Part shown: positions 31,835 to 33,315 of the stretch, piece after piece
Numbering within the stretch: position 1 is the first letter of the stretch
How the letters are laid out: each line of letters begins with the position of its first letter
DNA from: a virus
Length of the DNA stretch: 33,315 nt
IMG/VR virus record: IMGVR_UViG_3300049032_000027
Span: 1-33,315 of that record
Direction: 5' to 3' (one strand)
Position numbers and translations under genes: made by a program
The notes under the pieces: generated by a model
The model's database searches: none
The model's input: the letters and a program-made list of their open reading frames with translations, nothing else
What the model was told of the DNA's origin: nothing

Positions 31835-32154
31835 ACGACTACGACAAAGAACTAGATGCTCTATGGGTCGCTATGAACAGGGACGATGACCCCATGGGGA
31901 AACATGACTATAAGCAACGCCTCAAATCCCTCCTGGATAAGGCGTATGAGCATGGTCGCATAAACGAGGCAAAGGCTTGTGAGAAAGCAAGACGCCACGA
32001 CTATAGGACTCTCTTAGCCCAAGCCAAACTCAACGGTGCTATTGAGGAACTGGAGAAGATGGGTGATGTAGAGTTTGAAGAAGTACCAATAGACATTATC
32101 AAATGGAGATACGAGCGTCTCGCCGCCCTAAAAGAAGAAAGGAGTAAGTTGTGA
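31831..32154 (+). CDS. Coiled-coil protein, paralog A2
   Basis: See 29151-29543. Patches of near-identical DNA, e.g. ga(t/c)tacgacaaagaactagatg. Confidence 0.55.
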   Translation: MNDYDKELDALWVAMNRDDDPMGKHDYKQRLKSLLDKAYEHGRINEAKACEKARRHDYRTLLAQAKLNGAIEELEKMGDVEFEEVPIDIIKWRYERLAALKEERSKL

Positions 32155-32513
32155 GCCGTTTTGATGGGATTGACCCCACTACGGGTAAGCCATTGCCTAC
32201 TGAGCATGAGGTAATACAAGCACTGGAAGACTACGCAAAATCGAAGCCACGTTCCACTCCACAAGATGAGTTACGAGAAAGTGTATTGGACACCTCTATA
32301 GCTACTTCGTATTTTTACAGATTTGACAATGAGTTTATTGATAAATTTTTTAATGATGATGGCAAGGCAGCAATCAGAGACTATGTCAACTCAGAAGTAC
32401 GTCAGGTACTGGATAGGCTGGAATCTCAGAGCGATAGAGCAATGACTGGAAAAGGGGGCATTGTTGAAGTCCCAGTATCGGCTATCGAAGCCGAAAGGAA
32501 GAAGTATGAATAA
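32151..32513 (+). CDS. Hypothetical protein, paralog B2
   Basis: GTG start after AAAGGAG. Shares ccacaagatgagttacgaga and the ...SAIEAERKKYE end with B1. Confidence 0.55.
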   Translation: MSRFDGIDPTTGKPLPTEHEVIQALEDYAKSKPRSTPQDELRESVLDTSIATSYFYRFDNEFIDKFFNDDGKAAIRDYVNSEVRQVLDRLESQSDRAMTGKGGIVEVPVSAIEAERKKYE

Positions 32514-32592
32514 CTTTTTCATAGGACTATGGTTCGGGATTATAATCATGGGATTGCTAGCATTGTTAATCAGCTTGAAAGAAAATAAATAA
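32506..32592 (+). CDS. Tiny membrane peptide (28 aa), cassette member C2
   Basis: ATG overlaps the end of B2 exactly as C1 overlaps B1. Sequence MNNFFIGLWFGIIIMGLLALLISLKENK. Confidence 0.35.
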   Translation: MNNFFIGLWFGIIIMGLLALLISLKENK

Positions 32593-32598
32593 AAACCT

Positions 32599-32627
32599 TT
32601 ACAAACCAAAACCTAACATGCTATAAC
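32599..32627 (+). promoter_or_regulatory. Promoter TTACAA-17-TATAAC (TG-extended); the ATG lies 7 nt downstream, suggesting a leaderless mRNA
   Basis: Read directly. There is no Shine-Dalgarno sequence before ATG 32635. Confidence 0.5.
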
Positions 32628-32634
32628 ATAAAGC

Positions 32635-32895
32635 ATGCAGGTGGTAGAACGATACAAAAGAAACGGATTTGAACTTGTATTAACCACCGATAAAACACTT
32701 GTACGCACACCGCTACAAGTGTTTTTACTTACAGCACAACAATATTCACACGGAACATATATCGATACAATCCGTATGAGCGCAGAGAAAGGGGAGATAA
32801 AAGACATGAACGAACTATGTGGAATGTTCTACAAAATAGGAACAAACGAACGGGTTATAAACATGATACCAGTAAGAGAATGTTGGTATGTTTGA
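32635..32895 (+). CDS. Hypothetical protein
   Basis: ORF only. Confidence 0.45.
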   Translation: MQVVERYKRNGFELVLTTDKTLVRTPLQVFLLTAQQYSHGTYIDTIRMSAEKGEIKDMNELCGMFYKIGTNERVINMIPVRECWYV

Positions 32896-33124
32896 GTTAT
32901 TGATTGTTTTTTTGTCCGTATACGGTATTTCAAGTCTTCTAGTGGATTATGACGGTCCATTTGGTATATTCTATCGACTACGAAATTTAAATCGATTACG
33001 GAGCGTCCTACGTTGTCAGGTGTGTACAGGTTTTTATCTAGCACTACCGTTTTTACTATTTGTTCCTTTTTATATTGTTTTAGCGGCCTATGGCTTACTT
33101 ATATTGGTAGCTAAGTATGAATAG
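32888..33124 (+). CDS. DUF1360-like small membrane protein
   Basis: DGPFGIFYRLR......LRCQVCTGFYLALPF resembles the DUF1360 pattern. Its last 48 nt lie in the 112-bp repeat. Confidence 0.55.
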   Translation: MFELLIVFLSVYGISSLLVDYDGPFGIFYRLRNLNRLRSVLRCQVCTGFYLALPFLLFVPFYIVLAAYGLLILVAKYE

Positions 33125-33315
33125 TATAATCGTATATTCTCCGTACTGTTTAAAGTGCGTAAATAAAACTAGATGGAAAGAAATTGAAGTTTTAGCGGCC
33201 TATGGCTTACTTATATTGGTAGCTAAGTATGAATAGTATAATCGTATATTCTCCGTACTGTTTAAAGTGCGTAAATAAAACTAGATGGAAAGAAATTGAA
33301 GTTTTAGCGGCCTAT
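33077..33315. repeat. 2.13 copies of the same 112-bp unit (33077-33188, 33189-33300, 33301-33315)
   Basis: Identical to 1-112. 33189-33315 equals 1-127, which closes the circle. Confidence 0.95.

Noticed and set aside
15514-32807. Further shadow ORFs: 15514-15723, 16866-17066, 17073-17255, 19868-20050, 20810-21010, 21188-21385, 21574-21765, 22010-22243, 22017-22220, 22369-22704, 26329-26589, 28249-28482, 29159-29434, 29801-29986, 30572-30826, 32001-32264, 32391-32609, 32613-32807 and 32829-33044.
   Set aside because: Same reasoning: they are antisense to better-supported + strand genes.
1-33315. Retron, DGR, toxin-antitoxin or CRISPR-type systems associated with the ncRNA regions.
   Set aside because: I could find no reverse transcriptase, Cas-like protein or recognisable toxin ORF. 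There are no template/variable repeat pairs and no short-repeat arrays next to the RNAs.

Overview
The window looks like one complete, circularly closed genome of a tailed dsDNA phage. The last 127 nt (33189-33315) equal the first 127 nt, so the unique length is about 33,188 bp. Ribosome-binding sites and promoters resemble those of low-GC Gram-positive hosts. Almost all genes are on the + strand.

Gene order:
- Glutaredoxin-like gene, then a four-gene glycosylation/methylation cluster (380-3586).
- Small and large terminase, a portal fused to a MuF-like domain, a Com-like zinc ribbon, and a ClpP-type protease fused to an HK97-type capsid protein.
- Head-tail joining genes, major tail protein, chaperone pair, tape measure, and distal tail/baseplate genes interrupted by an HNH-AP2 homing endonuclease.
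- C1q-like fibre protein, CHAP+SH3 endolysin, holin-like genes and a membrane-anchored collagen-like protein.
- An ORF-poor region of about 2 kb (23.1-25.0 kb).
- An early region: Rad52-like annealing protein, PD-(D/E)XK exonuclease, SSB-like protein, NinG/Rap-like protein, a second HNH-AP2 endonuclease, many small ORFs and a duplicated three-gene cassette.

Most interesting signals:
1. An ORF-free, helix-rich minus-strand unit of about 0.9 kb (about 24009 to 23130). It has its own promoter-like element and an embedded tRNA-like module that keeps canonical D and T arms but lacks a normal anticodon arm and a local acceptor stem. It is a candidate giant structured phage ncRNA.
2. A second structured RNA of about 340 nt (27765-28110) with three nested 10-bp helices, directly behind an early promoter.
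3. A conserved early promoter plus leader motif present four to five times.
4. An identical 112-bp tandem repeat at the circular junction.

I recognised no integrase, repressor, polymerase, primase or helicase, and no CRISPR array. All product calls come from motif recognition by eye, not from searches.
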